The notes under the pieces are model-generated. The model made no database searches. It was not told where the DNA came from and worked only from the letters and a program-made list of their open reading frames with translations. From an uncultured Candidatus Rokubacteria bacterium (lineage in GTDB: Bacteria > Methylomirabilota > Methylomirabilia > Rokubacteriales > DASRDR01), in NCBI GenBank assembly GCA_963805625.1, contig CAWDVE010000010.1, positions 352,001 through 416,000 on the forward strand: a stretch of 64,000 nucleotides of DNA. Reading direction: 5' to 3'. Made by a program: the position numbers and the translations under genes. Of the stretch, positions 28,758-38,213 are shown piece after piece. The first letter of the stretch is position 1; every line of letters begins with the position of its first letter.

Positions 28758-29962
28758 GTCGGTTCTCCCCTGACACGCCGATACGCGGCCACCAGCCGCT
28801 CTGCCAGCGCCGTCGACCCGAACAGAGAGGCGGCTTCCCGGCCGCCGACCCCGAGCTTCGTCCGCAGGTGGTCGTCGGCCAGGATCTGATCGACGGCCCC
28901 CGCGAGGGCGACGGCGTCTTCGGGCACGAGGAGACCCGACACGCCATCGGTCACGATCTCCTCGATGCCGCTCGCCCGGACTGCCACGACCGGGAGCCCG
29001 CAGGCCATCGCCTCGAGGACGGCCAGTCCCTGCGTCTCGCTGGTCGACGCGAAGACGAAGGCGTCCGCCGCGTGATAGTACGCGGGCAGGCCGGCGGGCG
29101 GCGAGCCGCCCCGGAGCTCGACCCGACTCCCCAGACCCGTCTCTGCCGCTGCACGGCGCAGTGCGGCCGCCTGCGTTCCCCTTCCCACGAGGAGCAGTCG
29201 GATCCGCGAGGCCTTGACCCGCGCCACCGCGTCCAGGAGGAACTCGAGGTTCTTCTCGCGGTCCAGGCGGCCCACGTAGAGGAGCACGCGGTCGTCGTTA
29301 TCGAGCCCAAGGGCCCGACGGGCGGAGGCGCGATCGCCGGGCCGGAGGCGGTCGAGATCCACTCCCGTCGGCAGCACCTCGATCGGTCGTCGCACGCCCA
29401 GCGTCCGGAGACGCCGCGCGACGAAGTCGGACGGGGCGATGACCAGATCCGCGGTGCCGGCGAACCTCGCGCTCCACCGGATGGCTCGTCGCGCGACCAT
29501 CTCGTGTGGCAGCGGCACGTAGTGGGTGTACCGCTCGTAGAGCGTGTGGTACGTGAAGACGAAGGGCCGGCCGGCCGCCCGGGCCAGGCGCCGGGCCGAG
29601 ACGCCCAGGAGGAACGGGTGGTGAGCGTGAAACACATCGAGGTCGAGAGCGCGCAGGCGGCGCGTGAGCGCCGGGCCGAGCGGCATCGGGAGCGCGAAGT
29701 CGGGGTACGTGGGCGCCGGCACGGCCGGCACGCGGATGACGCCGCGCTCGCCCTCCGCCGCCCCTGCCATCCGGGGAGCGACGATCACCACCTCGTGACC
29801 GAGCGCCTCGAGGTCCTGGCGGATCGTCTCGACGGCCGTGGGCACGCCGCCGAGCATCGGGAAGTAGTTGTTCGTGAAAAGGCCGACTCGGAGGCGTACG
29901 GCCGCAGAGCCGGTTACATCTTGTTTCTGCCGAAATCCTCCGGCTTCAGGTTCTCGAGCCAC
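28748..29962 (-). CDS. GT4 glycosyltransferase (diacylglycerol glucosyltransferase-like); start uncertain
   Basis: FTNNYFPMLGGV, YHTLY, YVGRLDREKN, FASTSETQGLAVLEAMACG. Confidence 0.9.
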   Translation of the reverse strand: MAREPEAGGFRQKQDVTGSAAVRLRVGLFTNNYFPMLGGVPTAVETIRQDLEALGHEVVIVAPRMAGAAEGERGVIRVPAVPAPTYPDFALPMPLGPALTRRLRALDLDVFHAHHPFLLGVSARRLARAAGRPFVFTYHTLYERYTHYVPLPHEMVARRAIRWSARFAGTADLVIAPSDFVARRLRTLGVRRPIEVLPTGVDLDRLRPGDRASARRALGLDNDDRVLLYVGRLDREKNLEFLLDAVARVKASRIRLLLVGRGTQAAALRRAAAETGLGSRVELRGGSPPAGLPAYYHAADAFVFASTSETQGLAVLEAMACGLPVVAVRASGIEEIVTDGVSGLLVPEDAVALAGAVDQILADDHLRTKLGVGGREAASLFGSTALAERLVAAYRRVRGEPTWS

Positions 29963-30402
29963 TCTTTCAGCTTCTCCTGATCGTCGGCTTCCTTCGGCGC
30001 GGTCTCAACGGTCTTGGCGCGGCGCACAACGTCGTCGTCGACGAAGATCGGAGCGCCGGCGCGGAGAGCGAGCGCGATGGCATCGGAGGGTCGCGAATCG
30101 ACCGTGACCTCTTCCTCGCCCATCCGCAGGTGGATCAGCGCGAAGAACGTGTTCTCGCGGAGATCGTTCACGACGATCTTCTCGACCTTCGCGTCGACCG
30201 CCTCCAGGACGTTCTTGATGAGGTCATGGGTCATCGGCCGCGGGGTCGCGATCTTCTCGAGCTCGAGAGCGATCGCGTTGGCCTCGAAGATGCCAACCCA
30301 GATGGGGAGCGAGCGCTTCTCCTCCTCGTCACGGAGGATGATGATGGGCATGTTGGATACGGGATCCAGGGCGAGCCCCCGGACCTTCATCTCGACCCAC
30401 AT
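29914..30402 (-). CDS. Bifunctional nuclease family protein (DUF151)
   Basis: LPIWVGIFEANAI, RPMTHDL, DSRPSDAIALALR. Confidence 0.93.
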   Translation of the reverse strand: MWVEMKVRGLALDPVSNMPIIILRDEEEKRSLPIWVGIFEANAIALELEKIATPRPMTHDLIKNVLEAVDAKVEKIVVNDLRENTFFALIHLRMGEEEVTVDSRPSDAIALALRAGAPIFVDDDVVRRAKTVETAPKEADDQEKLKEWLENLKPEDFGRNKM

Positions 30403-30571
30403 CGAAGCGGCCTCCCTGCGGTGCGTCGGGATTCGGGTTTCACGGTAGCATCGGCCTCCGGGGTTGTCAAACGAGCTGCCGTATCCACGGTACGCGAAGA
30501 CGGCACGTGCCCGACGAGCGCGCTCGCCAGGCACGTGCGCGACCGGTGTTGGCGCTCTTCGCCCCCTCTGC

Positions 30572-32053
30572 TCAGGGCCGCGCTGGAGCCTTCGCCGCCG
30601 CCGGCCTGGGCCGTTTGCCGTTCCCATTCCACACGAGGGGCGGCTTGACCTCGAAGCGGCCGTCGAGCCGCCGGCGCCGCTCCTTCCACCCGTCCTGGTA
30701 CTCGAGCTCTTCCTCGGGGAGCGTGGCCGGCTGGCGCACGCCGTGCGCGTTGCGGAACTGCACCGCAAGCTCGGACGCTCGCGTGCGGACCCAGTCCCAC
30801 GGCGTGCCAAGGGCGAACTGGTCGGAGATCGCGCCGATGCGACCCGAGTTGATGTTGATGGAGAGCGTCACGCACGAGAGGATCGGCCCCGACCAGTACG
30901 AGGTCTGCCAGTTGAGCGGCACCGGCAGGATGTGGAGGTTGTGGCTTCCGCGGCAGTCGCCCGCCACCATGGGGCACGTCGCCCACGGCGACGACAGCTC
31001 ACCCGGGGCCGGCCAGTCGCCCTGGGCGAAGGCCAGCATCACCGGGTCGTCCTTGCCGCCGTACGTGAAACCCTTCTTCGACTTGATGTTGTGGAGCCGC
31101 TCGGCCGAGACGATATAGCCGAGCTGGGACGCCTGATCCTGCTCGTCGCGGCTCCAGATCCGTGCCACCACGAAGCGCGAGGAGCGAGTCAGTCCCTCGA
31201 TGTCGAAGAGATCCTCGGGCGCGCGGAGCGTGATCACCCGCTCCTGGAGGCCCTTGGCCAGCTCTTCCATCTTCCCGTCGAGCGCTTTCTGGTCGCGCGG
31301 GTGCGCCCCAGCCTCCACCGCCTGGGCCTTGGTGTCGAGGTCGACGATCTCGAAGAGGTATCCGCGCTTCATCTTGGATGAGGCGATGACGAGACCGCTG
31401 TTGAATCGAGGGTTTAGATATGCACCGGTGGCGAAGTAATTGAACGCCATGGGCTCGGTCTTGTCTGCGAACGACACGACCACGGTCTGCGACGGGTTCT
31501 CCGGGCGGATCGGCAGCGGCAGGACGACGCTCGCCGGCCCGGCGCCGCGGAGGTTGCCGGTGAAGGCGTCGGCGATGAGGTCCTGCCCCGGTCCATAGAG
31601 GCCGAGTTCGGAGGCCTTGGCGGCGCCTTCGTTGAGGGCGTCCCACATCAGCTCGTCGATGACATCGTTCGGCACCTTCTCGGTGGTGACGCCCGTCACC
31701 GCGACGTCGTCGCCCGTGTGGGTCACGATGAGCGAGGTGAACATCGGCTCGCCCTGGTAGGAGTTGTTGTCCAGGACGAACTTGGTGATGACGCCCTTGA
31801 CCTCGTCGGCGGCGACCACGTGGCCGCCCACGCCGCCGACGTCGGCCTTGGTTGCCTTGACGAAGCGCTGCACCAGTTCCGGCTTCCTGGCGAAGACGTG
31901 GGAGCGGTAGGAGAAGATGTTGGGCATGTTGGTGGTGATGATCTTCTCGGTGGTGCTCGGCGGGTACTCCGCGGCGTTGTCCTTGGACTGGTGGTAGTCC
32001 GTGAGAGGAACTGCCTTCCCGTTCTTGGGGCCGTACCGCTTCGCCTGTGCCAT
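30572..32053 (-). CDS. fbp: Fructose-1,6-bisphosphate aldolase/phosphatase (class V FBPase), enlarged form
   Basis: KADVGGVGGH, TGDD, GLYGPGQDL..DAFTGNLRG, ADKTEP, YGGKDDP, RGSH. Confidence 0.88.
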   Translation of the reverse strand: MAQAKRYGPKNGKAVPLTDYHQSKDNAAEYPPSTTEKIITTNMPNIFSYRSHVFARKPELVQRFVKATKADVGGVGGHVVAADEVKGVITKFVLDNNSYQGEPMFTSLIVTHTGDDVAVTGVTTEKVPNDVIDELMWDALNEGAAKASELGLYGPGQDLIADAFTGNLRGAGPASVVLPLPIRPENPSQTVVVSFADKTEPMAFNYFATGAYLNPRFNSGLVIASSKMKRGYLFEIVDLDTKAQAVEAGAHPRDQKALDGKMEELAKGLQERVITLRAPEDLFDIEGLTRSSRFVVARIWSRDEQDQASQLGYIVSAERLHNIKSKKGFTYGGKDDPVMLAFAQGDWPAPGELSSPWATCPMVAGDCRGSHNLHILPVPLNWQTSYWSGPILSCVTLSININSGRIGAISDQFALGTPWDWVRTRASELAVQFRNAHGVRQPATLPEEELEYQDGWKERRRRLDGRFEVKPPLVWNGNGKRPRPAAAKAPARP

Positions 32054-32201
32054 GTCATCGCCTCCGTCGAGATCGGTGGATCACCGGCGCCTCCGTGGCT
32101 GCGGCGCCGCCTCAAGCTCTTGGTAGAATGACCGTAGCCTGACCCGTCGGGCGAAGTCAAGATGCACCATTCATGCACTGAAATTTCTTGCAGGAGGAGC
32201 C

Positions 32202-33200
32202 ATGCGGCGAGAGCGCGGCGTCCAGCCGGACGAGATCCGGCAGATGGTACGGTGCGTGCAGCTCTACTACCGCGCCCAGCGGCACCAGAACGAGATCGCC
32301 CGCGAGCTGGGGCTCTCGTCCTCCAAGGTGTCGCGGCTCCTGAAGCGAGCCTTCGCCGAGGGCCTGGTCCGGGTCGAGATCGAGCTGCCGAAGCGGCCGA
32401 GGCTCGAGGCGGCCCTCGTCGAGCGCTTCCGGCTGCGGGACGCCGTCGTGATCCCGCTCGGCGAGGTGCGCGAGCTGAAGGAGGATCTCGGGACGGCCGC
32501 CGCCCGTTATTTCGAGAAGGTCGCCGCCGACGGCGCCCGCGTCGGCCTGTCGTGCGGCTACACCCTGTACCAGCTGATCCGAGCGCTGCGAGAGCGGCGG
32601 TTTCGCGACCTCGAGCTCTACCCGCTGTCGGGCGAGAGCACGTTGCAGTTGGTCGATCTGTTCCCGAACACCCTGGTGGGCATGATGGCTGCCAAGTACC
32701 GGCCGCACGTCCGCGCCTATGCCCTGCCCGTCCAGGTCCTCGGCTCCTTCGCGGCCGCTCAGCGCGAGCGGCGACGGCTGCTCCGGAAGGGCGAGGTGCG
32801 GCGGATCTATGAGGCGGCGGCGGACGTCGACATCGTGCTCGTCGGGATCGGGATGATCGGTGAGGCGACGGCCGGGTTCTGCTCCGTGGCTGAGTTCTAC
32901 GGGGTGAGTGTTCGGCGGCTCCGGGCGCTCGGCGTGGTGGGTGAGATCAACTACCACCCCTTCGACCGGGACGGGAAGCTGATCGACCGGAAGGAGCTGC
33001 GTCCCCTCACCCAGCGCGTCCTGGCCGTCCCACCCAGCCGGCTTCGTGAGCTCTCCGGCCAGTACGGGAAGCTGGTCATCGCGGTCGCGGGAGGCCCGGA
33101 CAAGCGGGAGGCGATCCTCGGCGCGATGCGCGGGCGCTTCGCGAACGTCCTGGTCACGGACGAGGACACCGCCGAGGCCCTGCTGTCCACGGCCGGCTAG
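32202..33200 (+). CDS. SorC/DeoR/CggR-family sugar-binding transcriptional regulator
   Basis: N-terminal HTH (QNEIARELGLSSSKVSRLL); sugar-binding domain VAGGPDKREAI...LVTDE. Confidence 0.92.
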   Translation: MRRERGVQPDEIRQMVRCVQLYYRAQRHQNEIARELGLSSSKVSRLLKRAFAEGLVRVEIELPKRPRLEAALVERFRLRDAVVIPLGEVRELKEDLGTAAARYFEKVAADGARVGLSCGYTLYQLIRALRERRFRDLELYPLSGESTLQLVDLFPNTLVGMMAAKYRPHVRAYALPVQVLGSFAAAQRERRRLLRKGEVRRIYEAAADVDIVLVGIGMIGEATAGFCSVAEFYGVSVRRLRALGVVGEINYHPFDRDGKLIDRKELRPLTQRVLAVPPSRLRELSGQYGKLVIAVAGGPDKREAILGAMRGRFANVLVTDEDTAEALLSTAG

Positions 33201-33259
33201 CTGCGCGACGTCGCCGAAAGGCCGGGGCTTCCCGAGAACGTGACGCCTGCCCGGCGGGG

Positions 33260-34225
33260 CTAGGTCTCCTCGAAGATCCCCATCCGCCGGAACTTTGCGT
33301 AGCGCTGCTGGACGAGCTCGCTGGGCGAGAGCCGGACGAGCTCCCCGAACGCCGTGACGACCACGCTCTGGATCGCCTGCGCTGCGGCCGCCCAGTTGCG
33401 ATGGGCGCCGCCCGGGGGCTCCGGGATGACCCCGTCGATCACGCCGAGCTTGAGCAGGTCGGGCGCCGTGATGCGAAGGACCTCGGCGGCGTCCTTGGCG
33501 CGGCTCGCGTCCTCCCAGAGGATGGCGGCGCATCCCTCGGGCGAGATGACCGAGTAGATCGCGTGCTCGAGCATGAGAACCCGGTCGGCGACGGCAAGGG
33601 CCAGCGCCCCGCCGCTTCCCCCCTCCCCCGTCACCACCGCCACGATGGGTGTCGGGAGCCCCGCCATCTCCCGGAGGTTTCGCGCGATCGCCTCGGCCTG
33701 ACCCCTTTCCTCGGCGCCGACCCCAGGGTAGGCGCCGGGGGTGTCGATGAGGGTGAGGATCGGCTTCCGGAAGCGCGCGGCGAGGTGCATGAGGCGGAGC
33801 GCCTTCCGGTACCCTTCCGGCTGCGGCATGCCGAAGCTCCGGTGAAGCTTCTCCTCCGTGTCCCGGCCCTTCTGGTGGCCCACGACCACGATGGGGCGGC
33901 CGTCGAGGCGGCCCAGCCCTCCCACGATGGCGTGGTCGTCACCGAAGAGGCGATCGCCGTGGAGCTCGACGAAGTCCTCGGTGAGGAGGGGGATCAGGTC
34001 CAGGGTGTACGGTCGCCGCGGGTGGCGGGCGAGCTGGACACGTTGCCACGCCGTGAGCTTCCCGAAGACCTTGCGCTGGAGTCGCTGGAGCCGCTCCTCG
34101 AGCCGCGTCGCCTCCGCGTCGATCCCGGGCCGCCCCGAGCGGCGGAGGGTCTCGATGCGGCTTTCGAGTTCGAGGAGCGGACGCTCGAAGTCGAGCGCCT
34201 TCTCGAGATCGGCCGTCTCGGCCAC
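33260..34225 (-). CDS. accA: Acetyl-CoA carboxylase carboxyltransferase alpha subunit
   Basis: LDFERPL, ARHPRRP, ELHGDR, DTPGAYPG, GEGGSGGAL. Confidence 0.97.
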   Translation of the reverse strand: MAETADLEKALDFERPLLELESRIETLRRSGRPGIDAEATRLEERLQRLQRKVFGKLTAWQRVQLARHPRRPYTLDLIPLLTEDFVELHGDRLFGDDHAIVGGLGRLDGRPIVVVGHQKGRDTEEKLHRSFGMPQPEGYRKALRLMHLAARFRKPILTLIDTPGAYPGVGAEERGQAEAIARNLREMAGLPTPIVAVVTGEGGSGGALALAVADRVLMLEHAIYSVISPEGCAAILWEDASRAKDAAEVLRITAPDLLKLGVIDGVIPEPPGGAHRNWAAAAQAIQSVVVTAFGELVRLSPSELVQQRYAKFRRMGIFEET

Positions 34226-34238
34226 CGAGGTCTCCCGG

Positions 34239-37200
34239 TCAGGCCTCGACGGTGACGCTCCCCGGACCCAGGAGCCCCTCCACGGCCTCGACGAAGGCCG
34301 CCGACGGGCGGACGCGCAGGGTCCGGGAGCGAACGTCGACCTCTGTCCCCTCCACGCGGAGGCGGAGCGCCAGCGGCACGGTCCCGCGGTGCGCCTCGCA
34401 GATCGCCCGGAGGGCCGGGAGGGGATCCGCGGCCCCATCCGAGGGAATGGCCACGCGGCATGCCCGGGGCAACGGCGACACGACGGCTCGCTCCTCCGTT
34501 TCGGCGGGGAGCGGCCGGACCTCGTCGGCGAGGAGTTTCCGGGCGGTCGACGTTCCCTCGACCTTCCCGCGAACTAGGAGCGGCGCGCCGCTCCGGAGGT
34601 GCGCCACGCTCTGCCGGAACAGCTCCGGGAAGATCGTGACGTCGATCGTGCCCTCGACGTCCTCGATGGTCGCGAATCCCATCCGGTTGCCATTCTTCGT
34701 GTTGATCTCGCGAAGCGCCGATACGAGCCCGCAGAGGAGGACCTTCGTGCCATCCTCGACCTGGGCGAGCTGCCCGGTGCCCACGACGCCCAGCCGCTGG
34801 GCGCGGTCCCAGACGCCCCGGAGCGGGTGGCCCGACAGGTAGAAGCCAAGAACCTCCTTCTCGTTGAGCAGGCGCTGCTCCGAGTCCCACTCGGCGATCG
34901 AGAGATCCAGAAGGTCGGGCTCGACGGCGGCGCCCTCGGCCGCTCCTCCCAGCAGGTCGAACATGGAGACCTGGTTCTGATCGCGCTCGCGCTGATGTCG
35001 CTGGCCTGCCTCGAAGGCGCCGTCCAGGGCGGCCATGAGCTGGGCCCGCGGGCGGGCCGACGAGTCGAAGGCGCCGGCCTTGACCAGGCTCTCCACGACC
35101 CGCCGGTTGACGAGCTGGAGGTCGAGCCGCCGGCAAAAGTCTGCCAGCGACACGAAGGCGCCGTGCTGCTCGCGGGAGGCGACAATGATCTCGATCGCCT
35201 TCTGGCCGAGGTTCTTGATCGCGCCGAGCCCGAACCGGATCGTCTCCCCGTCCACGGCGAAGGAGAAGCGGGAGACGTTGACGTCCGGCGGGAGCACGCC
35301 GATGCCCATGGCCCGGCACTCGTCCATGTGGACGACAACCTTGTCGGTGTTCGCCATCTCGGACGTGAGGAGCGCCGCCATGAACTCCACGGGGTAGTTC
35401 GCCTTGAAGTACGCCGTCTGGTACGCGACGATCCCGTAGGCGGTCGCGTGAGCCTTGTTGAAGCCGTAGCCCGCGAACTTCTCCATCAGCTCGAAGACCC
35501 GCTCGGCGACCTTCTCCTTGACGCCGCGTCCCTTGGCCCCTTCCAGGAACTTAGCCCGCTGCTCGGCCATGAGTGCGGGGATCTTCTTGCCCATCGCCTT
35601 TCGCAGGTCATCGGCCTCGCTCATCGAGAACCCGGCCATGTCGGCGGCGATCTTGAGCACCTGCTCCTGGTAGACCATGATCCCGTAGGTTTCCTGCAGA
35701 TGCTTCTCCATGACCGGGTGCTCGTACGTCGCTTTCACCCGCCCGTGGCGTCGCGCGATGAAGTCGGGGATCATCTCCATCGGGCCGGGCCGGTACAGCG
35801 CCACCATGGCGATGACGTCCTCCAGCCGCTCGGGCCGGAGCTGCCGAAGGGCATTGCGCATGCCCGTCGACTCGAGCTGGAACACCCCGAACGTTCGCGC
35901 GTCGGCGAGAAGCTGGTAGGTCTTGGCGTCGTCGAGCGGGATCCGTTCCGGATCGATCCGGAGCGACTGGCTCTCTTCGATGAGCCGCACCGTGTTGGCG
36001 ATCACCGTCAGCGTCCGGAGACCGAGGAAGTCCATCTTGAGGAGCCCGAGCTTCTCGATGGGTCCCATCGGGTACTGGGTGATGATCTCCTCGCTCTTGG
36101 GGTCACGGTAGAGTGGGACGTGCTCCATCAGCGGCTCGTCGGAGATCACCACACCCGCGGCGTGCTTGCCGGCGTGGCGGGCCAGACCCTCGAGCCGCTT
36201 GGCGATCTGCCAGAGCTCGGCGACCTCGGGCCGCCCCTTGACCGCCTCGGCCAAGGGTGGGCTCTGCTTGAAGGCGTCGTCCAATGTGATGTTGAGCGTG
36301 TCGGGGACGAGCTTCGCGATCTTGTCGACGTCTCCGAACGCCATGCCGAGGACGCGCCCGACGTCCCGGATGACCGCCTTCGCCTTGAGCACGTTGAAGG
36401 TGATGATCTGGGCCACTCGATCACGGCCGTACCGCTGGACCACGTACTCGATGACCTCGTCGCGCCGGTCGTCGGCGAAGTCGATGTCCATGTCGGGCAT
36501 GGACTTGCGGCCGGGGTTCAAGAATCGCTCGAAGACCAGCCCGTAACGCATCGGATCGACGGTCGTGATCCCGAGACAGTAGGCGACCAGGGACGCGGCC
36601 GCCGAGCCGCGGCCGGGTCCCACCGCGATGCCTCGGTCCTTCGCGTAGCGGATGAAGTCCCACACCACCAGGAAGTAGCCGGAGAACTGCATCTTCTGGA
36701 TGACGCCGAGTTCGTAGTCGAACCGGGCACGCGTCTCCGCCGACGGCTCCGGGTAATGCCGGTGGAGGCCAACCTCGGCCACCTCCCGGAGGTAGGAGTC
36801 CAGGGTCTGGCCGGCCGGCACGTCGTACCTCGGCAGGCGGAACTGGCCGAAGGTCAGCTCGAGGTCGCAGCGCTCGGCCACGGCGAGGGTGTTCGTGCAG
36901 GCCTCGGGCAGGTGCTCGAAGACCTTGCGCATCTCCTCGGCCGACTTGAGATAGAACTCCTCGGTGGCGAACTTCCACCGGTTGGGATCGGCGATCTTGG
37001 CCCCCGTCTGGAGGCAGAGGAGGACCTCGTGCGCGCGCGCGTCCGTCGCCTCGAGGTAGTGCGAGTCGTTGGTGCCGCACATTCCCACCCCGAGGGCGCG
37101 AGCGATGCGAATGGTCCCTTCGGTCACTCGGATCTGATCGGCGAGGCCGTGCGCCTGGATCTCCGTGAAGTAGTAGTCGCGGCCGAAGACGTCCGCGTAC

Positions 37201-37697
37201 CAGCCGGCGACCTCGAGCGCCTTCCGTTCCTCCCCGGCGAGGAGCAGCCGCGACACCTCGGAGTTGAGGCACCCGGACAGGATCAGGAGCCCCTCCGAGT
37301 GCTGGGCCAGAAGCTCCTTGTCCACCCGCGGCTTGTAGTAGAACCCCTCGAGGTATCCCTTCGAGACGAGCTTGATGAGGTTGCGGTAGCCCGCCTCGTT
37401 CCGGACGAGGGCGGTGACGTGGTTCGCGCCCTCGTACTGCCCATCGACAGGGGCGCGCTCGAACCGGCTGCCCGGGGCGATGTAGAGCTCGCAGCCGAGA
37501 ATCGGCTTGATGCCGGCGGCCCGCGCGTGCTGGTAGAAGTCGATCGCTCCGAACATGTTGCCGTGGTCGGTCAGCGCGATGGCCGGGAAGTCGAGCCCGG
37601 CGGCCCGCTCGACCAGCCGTTTGAGGCGCGCGGCGCCGTCGAGGAGACTGTACTCCGAGTGGACGTGGAGGTGGACGAAGTCGGCCTTGACCGTCAC
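34239..37697 (-). CDS. dnaE: DNA polymerase III alpha subunit
   Basis: FVHLHVHSEYSLLDG, GPGRGSAA, PDMDIDF, KMDFLGLRTL, YGFNKAH. Confidence 0.98.
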   Translation of the reverse strand: MTVKADFVHLHVHSEYSLLDGAARLKRLVERAAGLDFPAIALTDHGNMFGAIDFYQHARAAGIKPILGCELYIAPGSRFERAPVDGQYEGANHVTALVRNEAGYRNLIKLVSKGYLEGFYYKPRVDKELLAQHSEGLLILSGCLNSEVSRLLLAGEERKALEVAGWYADVFGRDYYFTEIQAHGLADQIRVTEGTIRIARALGVGMCGTNDSHYLEATDARAHEVLLCLQTGAKIADPNRWKFATEEFYLKSAEEMRKVFEHLPEACTNTLAVAERCDLELTFGQFRLPRYDVPAGQTLDSYLREVAEVGLHRHYPEPSAETRARFDYELGVIQKMQFSGYFLVVWDFIRYAKDRGIAVGPGRGSAAASLVAYCLGITTVDPMRYGLVFERFLNPGRKSMPDMDIDFADDRRDEVIEYVVQRYGRDRVAQIITFNVLKAKAVIRDVGRVLGMAFGDVDKIAKLVPDTLNITLDDAFKQSPPLAEAVKGRPEVAELWQIAKRLEGLARHAGKHAAGVVISDEPLMEHVPLYRDPKSEEIITQYPMGPIEKLGLLKMDFLGLRTLTVIANTVRLIEESQSLRIDPERIPLDDAKTYQLLADARTFGVFQLESTGMRNALRQLRPERLEDVIAMVALYRPGPMEMIPDFIARRHGRVKATYEHPVMEKHLQETYGIMVYQEQVLKIAADMAGFSMSEADDLRKAMGKKIPALMAEQRAKFLEGAKGRGVKEKVAERVFELMEKFAGYGFNKAHATAYGIVAYQTAYFKANYPVEFMAALLTSEMANTDKVVVHMDECRAMGIGVLPPDVNVSRFSFAVDGETIRFGLGAIKNLGQKAIEIIVASREQHGAFVSLADFCRRLDLQLVNRRVVESLVKAGAFDSSARPRAQLMAALDGAFEAGQRHQRERDQNQVSMFDLLGGAAEGAAVEPDLLDLSIAEWDSEQRLLNEKEVLGFYLSGHPLRGVWDRAQRLGVVGTGQLAQVEDGTKVLLCGLVSALREINTKNGNRMGFATIEDVEGTIDVTIFPELFRQSVAHLRSGAPLLVRGKVEGTSTARKLLADEVRPLPAETEERAVVSPLPRACRVAIPSDGAADPLPALRAICEAHRGTVPLALRLRVEGTEVDVRSRTLRVRPSAAFVEAVEGLLGPGSVTVEA

Positions 37698-37704
37698 CGC
37701 GCCC

Positions 37705-38205
37705 TCAGCGCTTCCTGGAGCCGCCGGTGAGGAGCCCGAGCACCATCCCGAGCCCGCCGGGAATGCCGCTGAGGACCAGCAGCAGCGCACCGAACCGCGC
37801 CAGCCAGCTGAGGCTGTCGGTGGACCTCGGGCCCAGCGCCATGCCGGGAAGGATCCACGCCACGATCGGGTCGGCCGCGAGGAGAATCGGCTGGCCCACG
37901 TCGGGCGCGGCCGCAGCCAAGAGAAGGGCGTAGACGGAGGCGAACACACCGGGGGCCGCGAGCTTCAGCCAGAGCGGCTCCGGGTCGCCGAACATGTCGC
38001 GGAGGAGCATCAGCATGCCGATCGGCGTCACGATGTACGTGAGGAAGGAGTAGAGCGCCTGCCGGAGGTCTGAGTTGATCGCACGATCCAGGTAGGGCGC
38101 CCACTCCTCGGGCCTTTCGAGACCGACCATCAGCCAGTACCCGACCACCACCACGACCCAGAGCAGGCCTACTCCGACGCAGAGGCGCCCCAGCCGCTCC
38201 AGCAT
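37705..38205 (-). CDS. Hypothetical integral membrane protein
   Basis: About four hydrophobic segments; sits in the operon between SPFH and dnaE. Confidence 0.7.
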   Translation of the reverse strand: MLERLGRLCVGVGLLWVVVVVGYWLMVGLERPEEWAPYLDRAINSDLRQALYSFLTYIVTPIGMLMLLRDMFGDPEPLWLKLAAPGVFASVYALLLAAAAPDVGQPILLAADPIVAWILPGMALGPRSTDSLSWLARFGALLLVLSGIPGGLGMVLGLLTGGSRKR

Positions 38206-38213
38206 CGGCGACG

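Noticed and set aside
34239-37697. Intein in dnaE
   Set aside because: Length of about 1150 aa is typical and the conserved motifs are contiguous.
34599-37730. 1043 aa plus-strand ORF, and similar long ORFs at 38935-40680, 43543-46407, 54229-56400 and 59134-62169
   Set aside because: Antisense shadows of dnaE, guaA, valS, ahcY/PHP and rpoN/lptB; expected from high-GC codon bias, with no motifs of their own.
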